Shown here: piece after piece, positions 10,501 through 25,500 of the stretch
How positions within the stretch are numbered: position 1 is the first letter of the stretch
How the letters are laid out: each line of letters starts with the position of its first letter
From: Phoronis australis
Lineage: Eukaryota; Animalia; Phoronida
Assembly: GCA_002633005.1 (NCBI GenBank)
Contig: NMRA01000094.1
Span: forward strand, 584,597-648,596
DNA: 64,000 nucleotides
Direction: 5' to 3'
The notes under the pieces: model-generated
The model's database searches: none
Seen by the model: only the letters and a program-made list of their open reading frames with translations
Told to the model about the DNA's origin: nothing
Made by a program: the position numbers and the translations under genes

Positions 10501-13500
10501 CATCTTCGTCCGTCCGGCGTCCGTCCGCCCGGCGTCCGTCCGGCGTCCGGCGTCCGGCACCCGCTGCTCTATCTCCAAAACCCTTTGGCTTTGACATACG
10601 TTCATGAAATTTGGCACGTGTTCCTTTAATGGATGGGAGGCATGAGCGAACTTTCGGACGGATCCGACCACCGGTGTGCCCCCTAGTAGCAATTTTATTT
10701 TTTACGCTTACCTCTATAGCTTCATAGGTCCTCCATTTTTTACATAAAATTTGGCATATAGGCATCTATTAGTGAGATGACACTATACTTCCGTCTTCGG
10801 AAGGATTCGACGAAGTTTGCGCCACCTAGTGTCATTTTTTGCTGTTTTTGAGTCTGTTTTTAGCGTCCACCCCTCTATTAACCAAACCGCTCTAAGGATG
10901 ATTGCGAAAATTGGCATGTATGTTTTTACTATGAAGAGGACGGCTGACGATGATTTTCTGTCGATTTCGTCTACTGTGGCGCCTCCTCGTGGCAGTTTTG
11001 TTTCTTTGCGTCCATGTCTGTATCTCCTAAACTGTTTGCAGTATCATTATTAAATTTAGCAAGTATATTTATATGATGTTGACAATGGATGATGATGGCT
11101 TTCGGATGCATCTGACTACTGGTGTGCCCCTAATGGCAATTTCATTCTTTTACGTTTACCTCTGTATCTTCAAAGGTCTTCAACGTATTGTCATAAAATT
11201 TGGCGTGTAGGCATCTATTAGTCAGATGACGCTATCGTCCCGTTTTCGGATGGATTTGACGCAGTTTGTGCCACCTAGTGGCCATTTTTACTGTTTTTAG
11301 TCTGTTTTTGGCGTCCACCCATCTATCAAGCGAACGGCTCTAAGGATGATTGTGAAAATTGGCATGTATGTTCTTACTGTAAAGAGGACAGCTGACGATG
11401 ATTTTCCAACGATTTCGTCTTCTGTGTCGCATCCGAGTGGCAGTTTTGTTTTTTTTTTTGCGCCCATGGCTGTATCTCCTAAACCGTTTGCAGGATCTTT
11501 GCTAAATTTATCAAGTGTATTTACATTACGTACACAACGAATGACAACAACTTTCGGATGGATCTGACTACCAGTGTGCCTCCTAGAGGCAATTTTAGTA
11601 TTTTAGGTTTACCTCTGTATCTTCAAAGGTCCTCAACAGATATTCAGAAAATTTGGAATATAGGCATCTATTGGTGAGATGATGCTATCCTCCCGTTTTC
11701 GGATGGAATAGAGGTACTTTGCGCCTCCTAGTGGCCATTTTTCCTGCTTTCGAATCTGTTTTTTGGCGTCCACCCGTCGATTAACCAAACCTCTCTAAGG
11801 ACGACGTTGAAAATTGGCGTGTATGTTCTCAGTGTGAAGAGGGCTGTTGACTATAACGAATTCGACTACTGCGGCGCCTCCTAGTGGTAGTTTTGTTTTG
11901 TTTTGCGCCCATAGCGGCATCTCTTGAACACACTGCATGATCTTTAAAGGAGCATGCCACCCAAAAAACAACCTAATTTGTATCAATGTAGATCGAGTAG
12001 TTCTACTCCATAACGACACGTACGGTTGCGTTACCTGACACCTGACGGCAGACGGAGGTGTTGGAATTATCCAATGACGTCAACGGTTTCACACGCAGTC
12101 TGTTCAGCAGTTCACAACACGGGTTACTGGTGTCAGCTTATCGCTTGAAGTCATCGTTTAACACCAATAAATCATCAAACTTCGATGTAAAACCCTTAAA
12201 AATACACCGAGTTCTTATAAAAACGTGTTGTTTTATTTCGCTCTTACGGATTTATTGGTATTTGGACACACCGTAGCCTACAAAATTCGGCAGGCCAATA
12301 AGTTCCGTAGCAGGAGTTTGGGGTCTGTTCGGAGATAATTTCGAAGTATTTTCCGTGAGATACAGACAGGAGAANCACGAAACTGCAAATCTACTTACTC
12401 GTCGGGGGCCGCGAATTCAGGTTCCGCTTTGGCCACAGCACCGTCAGGGCAAAAGTTGTACATTGACAATCATTATTTGAGTAATGTAAATGTAAATAAA
12501 GATTCCCCTAACACCTGGCCGTGGGATGGAAATCGAGTTGTTTCACAACAGTTTCTGCCAGCTAACACTGAATTAACATGAGCTCACATGGCCTAGGTGT
12601 CCCGTCAATTAGTTTTATTGCACCTAAAGCCGGTAACGCAGTGATTTTTTCATTTCTGGCTTCTCAAATCATTTGCACTCACGAACACTCCAAAGGCATT
12701 ACAAATTCCATCTAATGAGACAGACTTTGTTTCAGTTTTATATAAGTATTGGTTAGGATGAGAATAATTCACTTTGAAACAGAACCGTTCGGCTCAGTAA
12801 TAAACGCCAACATGGCAACTCGCAATCCCGACTTAGAACGAACTAGAGCTCATCAGTCCCGACTTCGGAGGTGGATCGCTAAGTTTTACAGGCTATCAAT
12901 TCGAACAGGAATACAGTGATGGAGAAATACTAGAGAGGCGCCGTGAACAAGCTCAGACAACGGAACGTATGGAGTTATTTGGTAAGCCGGCATTCGTCAG
13001 CTACTGTCTACATCTGCAGGCCATAGATACGGAGATGTTTTACAGCCTCATACTTGCTATTTACAGCGTGCATTTCATTCTGCGTATAGAAGTCAAAGCT
13101 AGACTGCGTATAGAAGTCAAAGCTAGACTGCTTATAGAAGTCAAAGCTAGACTGTGTATAGAATTACTCACAGAGAATTGACAGTTGGTGCGATTCAGCA
13201 TAACGACTCGATTGAACGTATCCATCGCTACGGCAGACAGCCACTGCAAAACGAGGCTCACTACGATAACTCCGTTAAATGGCTAATCGCCACTGTAAGA
13301 ATTATTAAAACCAAGAAAGCAGAATTGATGGTCAAATAATTTAAGCTTCAATTTCCAGCCTGGTTTTTTATTTTAATAAAAAAAAATGATTTTGATGACA
13401 TCAATTATTCTTGCAGATCAATGACAAATCAACTATTAGACCCGGTAGTCCCTACCTCTGTACCAGGACCTGAGCTATGCTTGATGTTAGTATTCTTGAT

Positions 13501-16500
13501 CAGCAAATTGAACCAGATGTGACTTGCACGTGACAGCAAAATGCGATGAGCCGCCACTATCAAATATATCTTCAGCTCGTCAAAAATACGAGCAGATGAC
13601 CTGGGCCCGGTCTCTAATCTTTGTACTCGAAACGAACTCGAAACGAACTCGAAACTATTTTTGGCAATTTCTCTGCTCCTTTTGTGCGAACTTAAGATAA
13701 TTGGTTATCAGACTGTGCTCGAATGCATTATAGTTTATGCATAGGAGTTCTAGTTCAAGTTTGCCCTTGAAGACCCTTGTATTCGTGCTACAAACTCGAG
13801 TAAAAACTCGAAATTTCGAGTTCAAACTCGAACTTATTGCTTTAATATTGGGTTTACAAACTGTAAACTAAGGGCAATAAATTATCTACGTAAGTTATTG
13901 TGTACTGGAGCATAGAATAATAGACACTTATCTTGATTTCGCCCAAAAGTACAGTAGAAAATGCCAAACCTAATTTCGAGTTCCGTTTCGAGTAAAAAGA
14001 TTGGAGACCGGGCCCTGGTGTAGAAAGCATTATTATCAACAATGTACAAGATGAACATAACCCCGCATTTTGGCCCTTTCACTCCTACTGAAAAGCAAGG
14101 TAGGCTAAGAAAAAAGGGGCAAAAAAGCACAAAATCGGAACTTTTCACCCCAAAAACACCACTTCCCTGCCGATGCACGACTAAAGCCAACATTAGATTC
14201 TGGAAGCAAATTTCCTTCCGATTCCGAAAATGTGGTCCAAAAGTACTGTCAACTAACTGGTTTTTTTGGCAATTCGGACTTGTTTGAGGGCTACCTGAAA
14301 TCGCAGCCAATTTGTCAGTCTCTAGCCAGCAATACACATTTCCAGCCGGGGGCCGCCATCTTGAAGAAGAGTACAGCTACAGCAGAACAAGTGGTCTCGT
14401 TTCGTTTTCAACATGTTCACCAACACAAGCAACCCACATTCACTGAGCCTACATGCAATGCCTACCTACAAAATGCCCCCAAGCTTGGCCTACCCCAAAA
14501 TTTCAAATTGGCCGCGGCCGCAGACTAACTGTTCAGTGACACCTTATCGCAGTGAGCCTCGCTCTGGATATTAATGTCCGCCCCGTGTACCATAGAACTT
14601 AAGCCCTGGAATGCCAACTCCCGCACGTGACCAATGCATTCTATTAGAGCTTGCGACCCCGAGACTAGCCGCGAGAGTTGGCACTGTGAATTTCTGGCAG
14701 TCTACTCTACTGGGTTTCGATTGAGTGTTGTAGTTATCAAACCAAGCATAATTTTATTGCTTCAATTTCATTTTGACATTTTGGGTCATCAAGCGAGACT
14801 CTTCAGCTACGGTTCTAGACGACACGTGATTTCCCGACAAAATTAGTCACAATCCAGACAATTACATTGGTCATTCTTTATACGCACTGACCCCTGACCC
14901 AGGGCGGATACAGAGAATTGTGTGATCTCTGATTTTTTCATCTCCAGTCTTAGAAGCACTTTCGACAACCTATCATACTACATCTCAGAAGTTTTTCAAT
15001 AAGACATTTTGGGTCTTAAAATCATGTTACAGTATTTACGGAAAGGAGCGACTTTTGGTTTCTGATTGTTTGTTCTCCAATTATGAATGAAAAGTTTGGG
15101 CCCTCTTAGCAGGTGTGTTCACTTAACGTTTAAGGTTCAGTCAGCCAAGTGCTTAGAGTTACAAAAATTGGTATGTGTATATAATGTTCTGTTTATTTTG
15201 AAAAATGATATGTTGAAAGGCATCATTTAAGGTTACTTTTTATTAAAACTGAGTCGCGTTAAAATTCATCATTTTACTTACTTTAACAAAAGTGAAACCA
15301 CATTTACATTAATAATGTGACCGAAACTGTTGACATGTATCTGTAGAAATGCCTGACATAATATGTTTTATAAATATTGGCGCATTGTACACGAACTTTG
15401 AATTTCATTTGTCAATTTCACCTAATTTCTTGGCAACTTGCACAAAAATGCATGCAAATCAAAATCGACGTTACGACCGTCTTTAGCTAAGACCGGAAAT
15501 TAAAATCGACGTTACGACCGTCTTTAGCTTAGCCCTAACTTTCCATCACTGGTGTTTGGGACTGTGAGGAATTTTAGAGTATATAAAGTGTTTACAAAAG
15601 TGCAACGCAGTTTGCAAACCATGCCTTGTACGGGAGCATAGGCCGGAAAATTGGCAATAAACGATGGAAATTGTACAAATAATGTCTTTAGAATTACCAT
15701 GTTAAAACTCTCAGAGTTGATTAACTATGAAACTTTGTAGGATGTAATGGGACAACTGTTGTCAAAGTGTTGTTTGATGATGTGTGCGACAAAATATGGT
15801 GTCGGTGATATAGTTTTCTTTAGTAGCTCTCTTACATTTTGCTTGTAAAAATAAGATCTTTGAAGAGTTTACGTTTGCAAGATATGTATGCGTGCGGCTG
15901 AGATATGTCTGGCGTTTTGCATTAAGAATACAAGATAAAAACACGGATTATAGTTAAACGATGGGATCAATATATTGCACGTGACAGTATGTCCGGCCGT
16001 GCGCGTGGGAATTCTGATAAAATGTTAGGTTTTACAAAGTCCGCAATTTTAATTACATGTAAAAATGTGACATTCAGCTACTGTGTATTCATTTCAAAAA
16101 TCACTGTTTTTCTTTCAAAGTGACGCCCTGCTTTTATGATTATGTAACAATATGATTATTTCATCTTTGTCAGTAATTCTCCAATTTGATGAGTTTTGTC
16201 TTTTTATCTAGGCGAAAAGCGCATATTCATCTCGTCCCATTAATGTTACACAAGTGAGACTGTCGATACGTATGCCAACCATTCAAACTGCTTTTTAAAT
16301 TATTTTTCTCGAGAAGTTGATCGGCATCCGTGCGTTATTTTGATATGTTTGTAACCACGTCTACGTCCGGATTGTCACCACGTCTACGTCTGGATTACTT
16401 ATTTTAAAGCAGCTATAAACCAGGGCCCTGTTGTATAAAAGTTACGCAGCAGTTTTATGCAACCCGCCCAGGTTCTTGCATGTTTCAAAACTAACTTTCT

Positions 16501-19500
16501 TCACTGCTGCTTTTGATCTTCCAAAGTAACGTCGTCGTGTTCTTGTTCTTTGTTTAAAAGGGTACTAAACCGTGTTTTTGGTGATTTCAACAAATCTTTT
16601 TTCTGCCACCTGCTAATGAGTCATTGGCGTCCCACCTGAGTGATAAAATCAGGATTCAACTACTAAATTGATACTTTCTTAATCACAGATAGGATGGTAT
16701 GGTTTTTGGTGGGTGGTCTTTCCCTACTACAGTTGTCGTGTAACACGCCTAAAGCGTATGTTACGCTTGCCAGTTGTTAGCAGACTTTAAGGATTGTTTA
16801 AAGTTCGTGGGCGGATCCAGGATTTTGAATTAGGGGGGCAGGACAGAATATTAGCCAGGATTTTGCCCGTCAGCCGAGACATTCGCACCCCCTAACTGCC
16901 AAATGGAATGGGAGAATTTTAGGGGGGCGATGATTACAGAGCATTATTTGGTATCCTCGGGTTTGGTATCCTTTTAAATTGAAAATGAATTGGTATTTCC
17001 TTGACGGCGATAATTTCCCAGCGGCTGAAACTAACCCGAGGCCACGACAATGAACAGATTGAGCCTACTGGTCTAAATGAATGACGTTCTGTCCGTTATA
17101 CTCAAGCCTTGAAATCTTTTCTAATCTCAGTAAGAAACAGGATGAGGCTGATTCAATAGCTGCAAGTGGCCTAAATTAAAAGTTGTTTTTGGCAGAAGGA
17201 AGCACTGACCGCTGCTAGCGGGATTTGACTGAATGCTGTTTCCTGCCTCTGTACAATACTATGTGACGGAACCAGTTTTGAGTGATAACAGATGCCCTAC
17301 CTGTCAATATGAATACATTTTTCATTTCGCTCAAAGAACTTAATCTGCACATTACTTTGCTTCGGAAGATTGTCCATTGTTGTTCTTTTAGCTCTATGTT
17401 ATGCCGAGTTTTCTGCGCGAGTCCCCAAGGCTGGCTCTGCCTACGTGTACAGCTATGTGAGCGCCGGAGAACTGGTAGCATTTGTGATTGGCTGGAACAT
17501 GATTCTAGAAGGGATTATAGGCGCTGCCTCTGTTGGAAAGACGTGGAGTGAATACCTTGATGCAATGTTGAACGGAACTGTTCAAAAGTAAGACATAACA
17601 TCCAACATGTAGGCCTATCGAAGTTTTAAACATCACTTTTAATAAATTTCATTAACTGGGATACATGCATGTACTCGGTTTTAACTAGTGATAAGATCTG
17701 ATCACAGATCGCTCGTTAAATGGCTAACTCGGGTGAAATAATAATTGGAAACTATACGAATAGTTCACCACTTTATCATAACATAGTGACTAGAGCCACG
17801 AACATTATTTCGTTTCTGCAAGCGTTGGCAAGAAATATTTTTGTGCTACTACATGTGTTGTTGGCGAGGAACACGACATGAGCCAGGCTTTCTAATTATC
17901 CCGATTTCATGAAGCAAGAGTATGGGGCGTTATTGGCTTATTTAGTGTGACAATATCTTGACGATTTGGACCCAGGCAATTAAAATTAAGATGAAATAGT
18001 AATGATAATTACACCAGATTTACGTAGCGCTGTAAATTTGCGAAGCACTTCGCAAATTATTCCCTGTACAAGGTCCTGATCAATCGTAATCCTTCTAATG
18101 TTTCAGGGGCATTATAGAATCTGTGGGTGTAATGGAAAGTCCAGGTTTGTCGCAGTTTCCAGACTTCTTGGCATTTGGCTTGTTGGTCATTATAACCATC
18201 ATTCTGTCCACTGGAGTCAAGGTATGTAATTCGCAAAAGATTTAATAAAAGTTTATTTATTCAGTCGATGAATTTTGCGGCTCACTTTTAATGTTTAGTC
18301 ATACTCTCACCAAAAGCATGTTGCAATGGAGTCAGGGCTCTCAATTATAGTGAGTTCAAGTGACAACCCTGTATTTACTCAGTACACAAGAATTTAATCT
18401 TGAATTGTGTTTATGAGAAGGGTGCCTGTAAGTGATCCAAACTGTCGGTCTGAATAAGAGTCTTCTTTCAAAATGTCACTCCTCCAGATTCGTGTAACAG
18501 AGCCGACATTTACGTCAATTACTCCCCATTTGGTCATGATAACTGACATTAAACCTGACCCACACCAGATTTTCGTTTTTGTGAGCTATAGGGGCCCTAA
18601 TTCCACTCTTTCACAGTGCTACGAAAGGTACTGTGGAATGTTATTTATCATGGCTTCTCATTGGTTAAAGTAACGAAACCGAAGTCATAACATTCAGTCA
18701 TTCCCACTGGTTGAAATCTGGGAAACCCTTTTCAGTTAACTGTTACGTAGTGTGGCGACCACCATTGACTTCAATAGTTGTAATTTATTAAAACGGACAG
18801 TGATCGAATTAACCAAAATCAAGGAAACCCCGATCCAGTGGCTTAAGCCCAAATTAGTTCAAAGCCCAGAAGGCGTGTGCAAGTGGTGGCGATGTGATCG
18901 GTAAACTGTAAATAGATGCTCACACAAGGAGTTCCGTGTGTCAGGGCCAATAGTGGAACTTAACACCAAGCCTTGTATTCTGTACACTTACACGCTGTAA
19001 ATGAATTTTTATCAAATACTTAAAGACTTTTTGTTAAAATATACAAAAAACACACAAAAAACAGCGTATGAGACGACGTCGATTTTTTTCTACATCCAAT
19101 ATTTATGATTTTACAAAATAATAAGTTGATGTGAAGGTGGCGTACGAATACAAAACTTGTAGTAATTTTCATTACAGGCTTTGGTGTTTTATTACAAGCT
19201 TTTCATTTTCATTCATGCACTTTCGAGAACGTCATGATATTTTCGTAATAGTGGATATAATAGTTTTACAGCTATATCATATAATGAGAACTGTTTCAGT
19301 TGCGCAATTATATGTCCCAGTGTAAGTTGGTTAAGCAGACGTCACTGGTGTCATCCATTTAAATGAACAGCTGTGAGTAGACCAAGACACAAATTAATGT
19401 AAGTCTTTAATAAAGATGGCAACTGTTGTCATGCAAGAGAATCTTAGACATTATTAACCTAAATAAGCAATCGTGTTTATTCATTATTTATAGTTTTTCA

Positions 19501-22500
19501 TTTGAATGTGTAAACTAATAATGGTCATCACGGCGTTTTCCCGTTGCTCCCAACTTGTTCGATTCTGTAGCCAAACAAGTTGGGCAGATCACCCCTGTAG
19601 CCAATATCGTACACGACTGATTAACTCCAGTCCGGCATTTATGGTTGGAGGTCGAGCTCTCTGTTCTTCGATAATTGCTCTAATCTCCGATCAGATCGTA
19701 TCTAGCCTGGCTGCGCTGTGCTGCTAAAAATGAAAGTTAAGTTATAACGTATTTGAACATAAACTAATAGCATTTCTGAATTCCTTGTCAAATGCTGATC
19801 ATGTTTAGTTTTTGAATCACCAAAACCGCCCAACTACAACACTCAACAGAACAGGTGAAACACAGTAGAGTCATATGGCAGTAATTGTGTATTGCTTTGT
19901 ACAGTTCCTAGAATCCCATGTAAAGTAGTCTGCTTGTCTCTTTTTATTCTATTTGTTGTGGTAGTGTGGGTTGTGACCTACAACCACTTTAGATAGGAAC
20001 TGAAACTGATTGATATGTGATCCTGGAGATAAAACCAGGAAAAATAGATTGGGAACTTCAGTCCCAAGACAGCACCAAAATACCCCTCCAACACATTAAA
20101 GCTCCGTCATAAAGAGAAGAGAAAATAGCTATGCATGTACTCAGGGTACCTATAAATAGTTATTCATATACTCAGGGTACCTATAAATAGCTATTCATAT
20201 ACTCAGGGTACCTATAAATAGCTATTCATATACTCAGGGTACATATAAATAGCTATTCATATACTCAGGGTACCTATAAATAGCTATTCATATACTCAGG
20301 GTACATATAAATAGCTATTCATATACTCAGCGTAACTATAAATAGCTATTCACATACTCAGGGTACCTATAAATAAATGCTTTTCAATTAAGTTTACTTT
20401 ACATTGTGTGCGATCACTAATTGGTAAAAAATCATTTGTGTTTCGTTAGTGCCTGTTCTAAATCATCCAGGGTATTTGATTTATTTCCTGTTGTTAATGG
20501 ATTGAAGACAACGAAAAGTAAATATAGCTGTAAACAACAGTTTGCCTACCGGTACGTGAAACTTAATTCTTTCTCAAGGAGATCTTATCAGACACAAAGA
20601 GAATCAGATGATGGCAAAAAAGTAACGCAAGATGATGTCAACGCTATGATGACAAGAAATAGTGGCCAACTCCCAAAGAATCATATCCTCTCTCACTAAG
20701 TCTTGATCAGCTATAAAATCACACTTTTGTTTGATTCTTATAGCAGCAAATCAAAGTATCCCCTGGCCTTAAAAGTTGCAGTCCCAGGTAGTCATGTGGT
20801 TGTTTCCTACTCTTTTATTTTAGATTCTATTGCAGGGAACACGCCTAAAATCTGAACAGCTACATTTCTCTGTAAAAAGCTGAACGCTGAAGTTTTTGAA
20901 GAGCTTTCTATAAATGAAAACAATTTGGCTATGGCAAAAATTCATTTCACTAATAAAATTCACTGAACGGACTAAACATAAAAGAAAGGTCTAAATTCCA
21001 ACTGCTAAACACTTTATCAACTTATGAATAATGAGAACAAAAAAATTAATAATTTACAGGCGACATTTAATTTAAAAAATCTTGTTGTTGAAGAAAAAAG
21101 AATACTCCACTTTATATGAAACGTGAACAAATTAATCAGATTATTCAAACGTAAAAATAAGTTCCTCGGTTGTTCGGACGTAAAGTCATATATAGGTCAG
21201 ATTCTTCTGCATTTTCATCAAACTTGCGCATTACCACAATATTGTAATTTTTTCATAGATGTTCTTTTGTTTGGGTTTGTTTTGGTCTACTGGTCTGCCT
21301 GCCATCGCTCAAAAATCACTCAGACCCTGTGTTGGTGCCAGGAATGACATGGTTTTCAAATTGGTCTTGTTATCTCTTAGTTTACTAAGTTGTAATAACT
21401 GTTCACTTTGGATTTACTTTTATGTTAGCACAGCAAAAGATTTCAGACATGTTTCTGTCAACTTGCGTTGTTTTCTGTCGACTAACTTCTATGACCCATC
21501 CAGCCTGAGTATCCATGTGATGTCAGTGCTGCTCATTTCTGTAGTAAATATGTTGATGTTGTAGACCAAACTTGATCGGTAACCTACTTGGTCTACGACT
21601 TTGACACATTGCCCATTCGAAGAAGCATTGCTTGCAAGCGACAGGATGACCATTAACATGTGTTGCAGAAACAGTGGTAGTTGCTTTCTGTATGTCAGGG
21701 CACAAGTTATTTCGAATCAGTAAAGTGTCCCAGAATGAAAGCGAGGTCTTAACACATTCTATCTATTCCCGTTTACATGACGCAAACACTTGCAGTGTAC
21801 TGCACAATTGTATTTCCTGTGCAATTATCTTACTGTGCAGACACCCTGACATGTGTGTACGTTGTGTATGCACTCATTATACTAAAACTATAAGTTACAT
21901 TGAACACTGCTCTTACTCATCAGTCTCATCTCTCATTTCGAATGATACATTCTGATTGCAGTCACTGTGTAGCTCATTTAGCCATCTATGCTTTCTAGCC
22001 TAAGTCAGACTTCAGTCAAATTGAGCAGAAGTTGACAGCTCAGTGGATTCACTTCACGAAGGCGAACAGTTTCGTTCATATATGAGATAGACTATTTGTC
22101 GTATAATGTTTAAGCATTTTCACCTTAAAAAATAGCGTTGTTAACTGTGTGTGATTGGAAATATTCTTATAACTGCAGCAACACTCAGTGAATGAATGTG
22201 CGTATTTAAGAAAGCAAGTGAAAACTAAAAAATAATTCTAATATTCATGTGGCCAAAGATTAATGACATTTTCAGTTGAAAATTGCGTCTACTGAACATC
22301 CATTGACTGTGCTAAAATACATCGTTCCTATTCTACATCAATTTGTCATATTCTGTTCTACACCACTACACTTCTAATTACATAAGTGAAGTACAATTAC
22401 CGTTATTCTGCATCCATGTTATTTTTATCATTGTTTACAATTACCTCTGATGAATGTTAAAGTTTTACAGTTCAGTTCCAGAAACTTTGGTTCAAATTGT

Positions 22501-25500
22501 GTCTCATTAGTTGATCGCCTCTATTTCTTGTATACAAAGTTATGAAGAAACGGAAATTGTTTATTTTATACAAGCTTAGTAGTTAGAACTTCAAGCGGTA
22601 TTTGATTTTACTGTCATTTCTTCAAGTTGGACTTTCGTGAGTCCTGATTTGGTCTGTAAGTTTTGAAATTTTTCCACTGCCGTTGTGCAATTCTTTGTTT
22701 AACATCTGTATAAATAATAATGCGATTCTGAGTATATGTTAAGATTGGTATTTCGTGTTTTCAGTTGTCTCACTGGTTCATCTATATAATCCCCGGTGTT
22801 CGCATTTACCACAGTAAGCTTGGTTATAAACTGTCCTTTTGGTTTTTATCCTTCAAATTGTTGCAGCTGGTCAAAAGTAGTTCCATCCATTCATGTGTGG
22901 TTTTGGAGTATTGGTCTGATCTGTCTGTCAGCAATTAGCCCGGTGCTTATTATAGTTAGATATTGTTTATGACAAGGGTCTGAAGATATTGACACCAGGC
23001 GAACAATCGTCATGACGATACTCAAACCGAGCTGTATCTGCCAAGGACAGCACAGGGAGTGATATTTACGCGAACAAAAAAGAGTCAAAATATTAAATCT
23101 TTTATTCGTCGATGCATTTGTTATGTCGTTAATCATGCTTTGTATGTTCAACTCTAATCCTTCTATAACCTTCAAAAATTAAAAACGTAAAATAATAAAA
23201 ACCTTGCTAGAATAGCATTACTGTATGTAACCACTGACAAAGAAACTATACTTATTATCGTTAAAATTAATGGACAAAATGTCAACGCCCATAATGTCTT
23301 TGAAAAAAATAAGTTGACGTACAAGAATATAAAACTGCAAAACAGAAAAAAAATAATTTGTTAATCACTGAACATGTTCGTGTTTACCAAGTATGTTAAT
23401 CACTGAACATGTTCGTGTTTACAAAGTATGTTAATCACTGAACATGTTCGTGTTTACAAAGTATGTTAATCACTGAACATGTTCGTGTTTACCAAGTATG
23501 TCACTAGAGTGTAATTACACGAACTGGAATTCAAGAAAGAAATGCTCGCCTACTGGCATCAAGATTCTCCCTTTTTCTTTACACGTCTTTACGGTGGAAA
23601 ACCTTAGACTAAAATGACAATACCAAGCTGTGCCACAATAACGAGGCTCACCGGGTCGAACAGCTACGCAGTCGAATGTACAGCATAGCATTCGGTGGTG
23701 TCGTTCTAAGCTAACACATTAACAGCGCAGTTACAAGAGGACTAGTTGTCGCACTTCTTTTTATATTTACTTCTAGATCTCCGAGGTTTGAGTGCCACTT
23801 TACGTGTTGTGTTTCAGATGTCATCGGTTGTCAGCTTTGCACTGTCAGTAGTCAACTTGGTCGTCATAGCAACAATCATCGTAGTCGGATTCTGCTTCGC
23901 TGACGGAAGGAATTGGACAGATTCACCGGGATTTTTTCCGTTTGGTGCAAAAGGGGTAAAGTTTGTTTGACATTACCTAACATCCTGCGGTCACGTAAAT
24001 TTATGAACTTTTATCTTTTCCCCACATCAAACATTCAAAACTTATGGCAATCACAAATGAGGCTGGGACCAGGCTGGTTACCACTATCAGACCAATCATC
24101 CCAACTGAGACTGGGACCACGCTGGTTACCACCCTCACCAACCATCCATCCCGCCAAATGAGGCTGAAACCAGGCTGGTTATCACTATCACCAACCATTC
24201 CAAATGAGACTAGGGCCAGGATGGTTACCACCCTCACAACCATCCCAAATGATGCTGAGACCAGGCTGGTTACCACCCTCACCAACCATCCCAAATGAGG
24301 ATGAAAACAGGCTGGTTACCACTATTACCAACCATCCCAAATGAGACTGGGTCCAGGCTGGTTACCACCCTCACCAACCATCCCAAATGAGACTGGGTCC
24401 AGGCTGGTTACCACCCTCACCAACCATACCAAATGAGACTGAGACCAGGCTGGCTATCACTATCACCAACCATCCCAAATGAGACTAAGGCCAGGCTGGT
24501 TACCACCCTCACCAACCATCCCAAATGATGCTGAGACCAGGCTGGTTACCACCATCAACAACCATCCCAAATGAGGCTGGGACCAGGCTAGTTACCACCA
24601 TCAACAACCATCCCATCTTTCACATGTTCAGCTTGCTTCAACCTCGTTTTGGGCCTTCTTGCAATTTCCTGTGATTCTCCCATGTGCCAAAAATGCTGGT
24701 AAACAGACTACTTATCAACACAGTTGAGGGAATGGAAATGTGTGCCGGTGTTCACTGCAAATACTGTCGCGGCCCCGACACATAGTGTCACCAGGCGACT
24801 GTATGACTGACTGCTATAGTGGTCATTACTTGAAAGGGGTGGTCAACCGTCTGAAAAGTGATGGTACTTTGACTCTCTTTTTCTTTTTAATTGGCATGTT
24901 CTGCGTTCTGCTTAGCCTTAAAACGGAACTAGGAAACAATAAGAGACCAAACCTGGCATAACTGTTGTATTCAGAGATGTGATATACTTAAAGAGTTTCC
25001 ACCATGCATTTTCTTAGTTTTTGAGGTTTCAGTTTGCTAATATGAAATAAATAACATAAAATGTAACTAAATCAGCATTTTTATGCCAAATAGTCAGAAG
25101 ACGATGACGATTTTAAACGCGAACTGGACAATTATTATGCAGACAGAGAGGAGGGAGGATACGGGCATCACACTCAAGTAATTGAAGAATTAGACAATGA
25201 ATTTGCTTTCTCACTAAGCAAACGTCGACTTTTAGGCTGTATGAACTCGACCCCGAAACAAGGGGTGGTCACTTGAATATTCACAAAATAATCACTGACA
25301 TGGGTCACTCGTATTTACTATGCATGCGCGCACCCAGCCTTCAATAAGGGGGGGTCTCGAATTCTTGCCGTTGTGGACCTTTTGCTAACAAAAAGGCGGG
25401 CGCGGACTAAAGAAAAAAAACGGGGCACCATTGTGAATTGCGCGTCTGTGTTTGTTTAGGGGTCTTTTGTCTCATTTTCTCACACTTTTTGTTCCTCAGA

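Noticed and set aside
10328-12019. Many short ORFs in family-1 repeats (also 43037-46144, 55842-60272)
   Set aside because: Chance frames in non-coding tandem repeats; they are not conserved between copies.
12820-12862. Minus-strand CTGATGA followed by a hairpin, resembling a hammerhead
   Set aside because: No GAAA core after stem II (reads GGGA) and no cleavage stem.
21400-21700. Faint hAT dimerisation-domain-like peptide on the minus strand (similar faint signal on + at 29380-29500)
   Set aside because: Only a few residues resemble the motif, with many stops; not supportable without a search.
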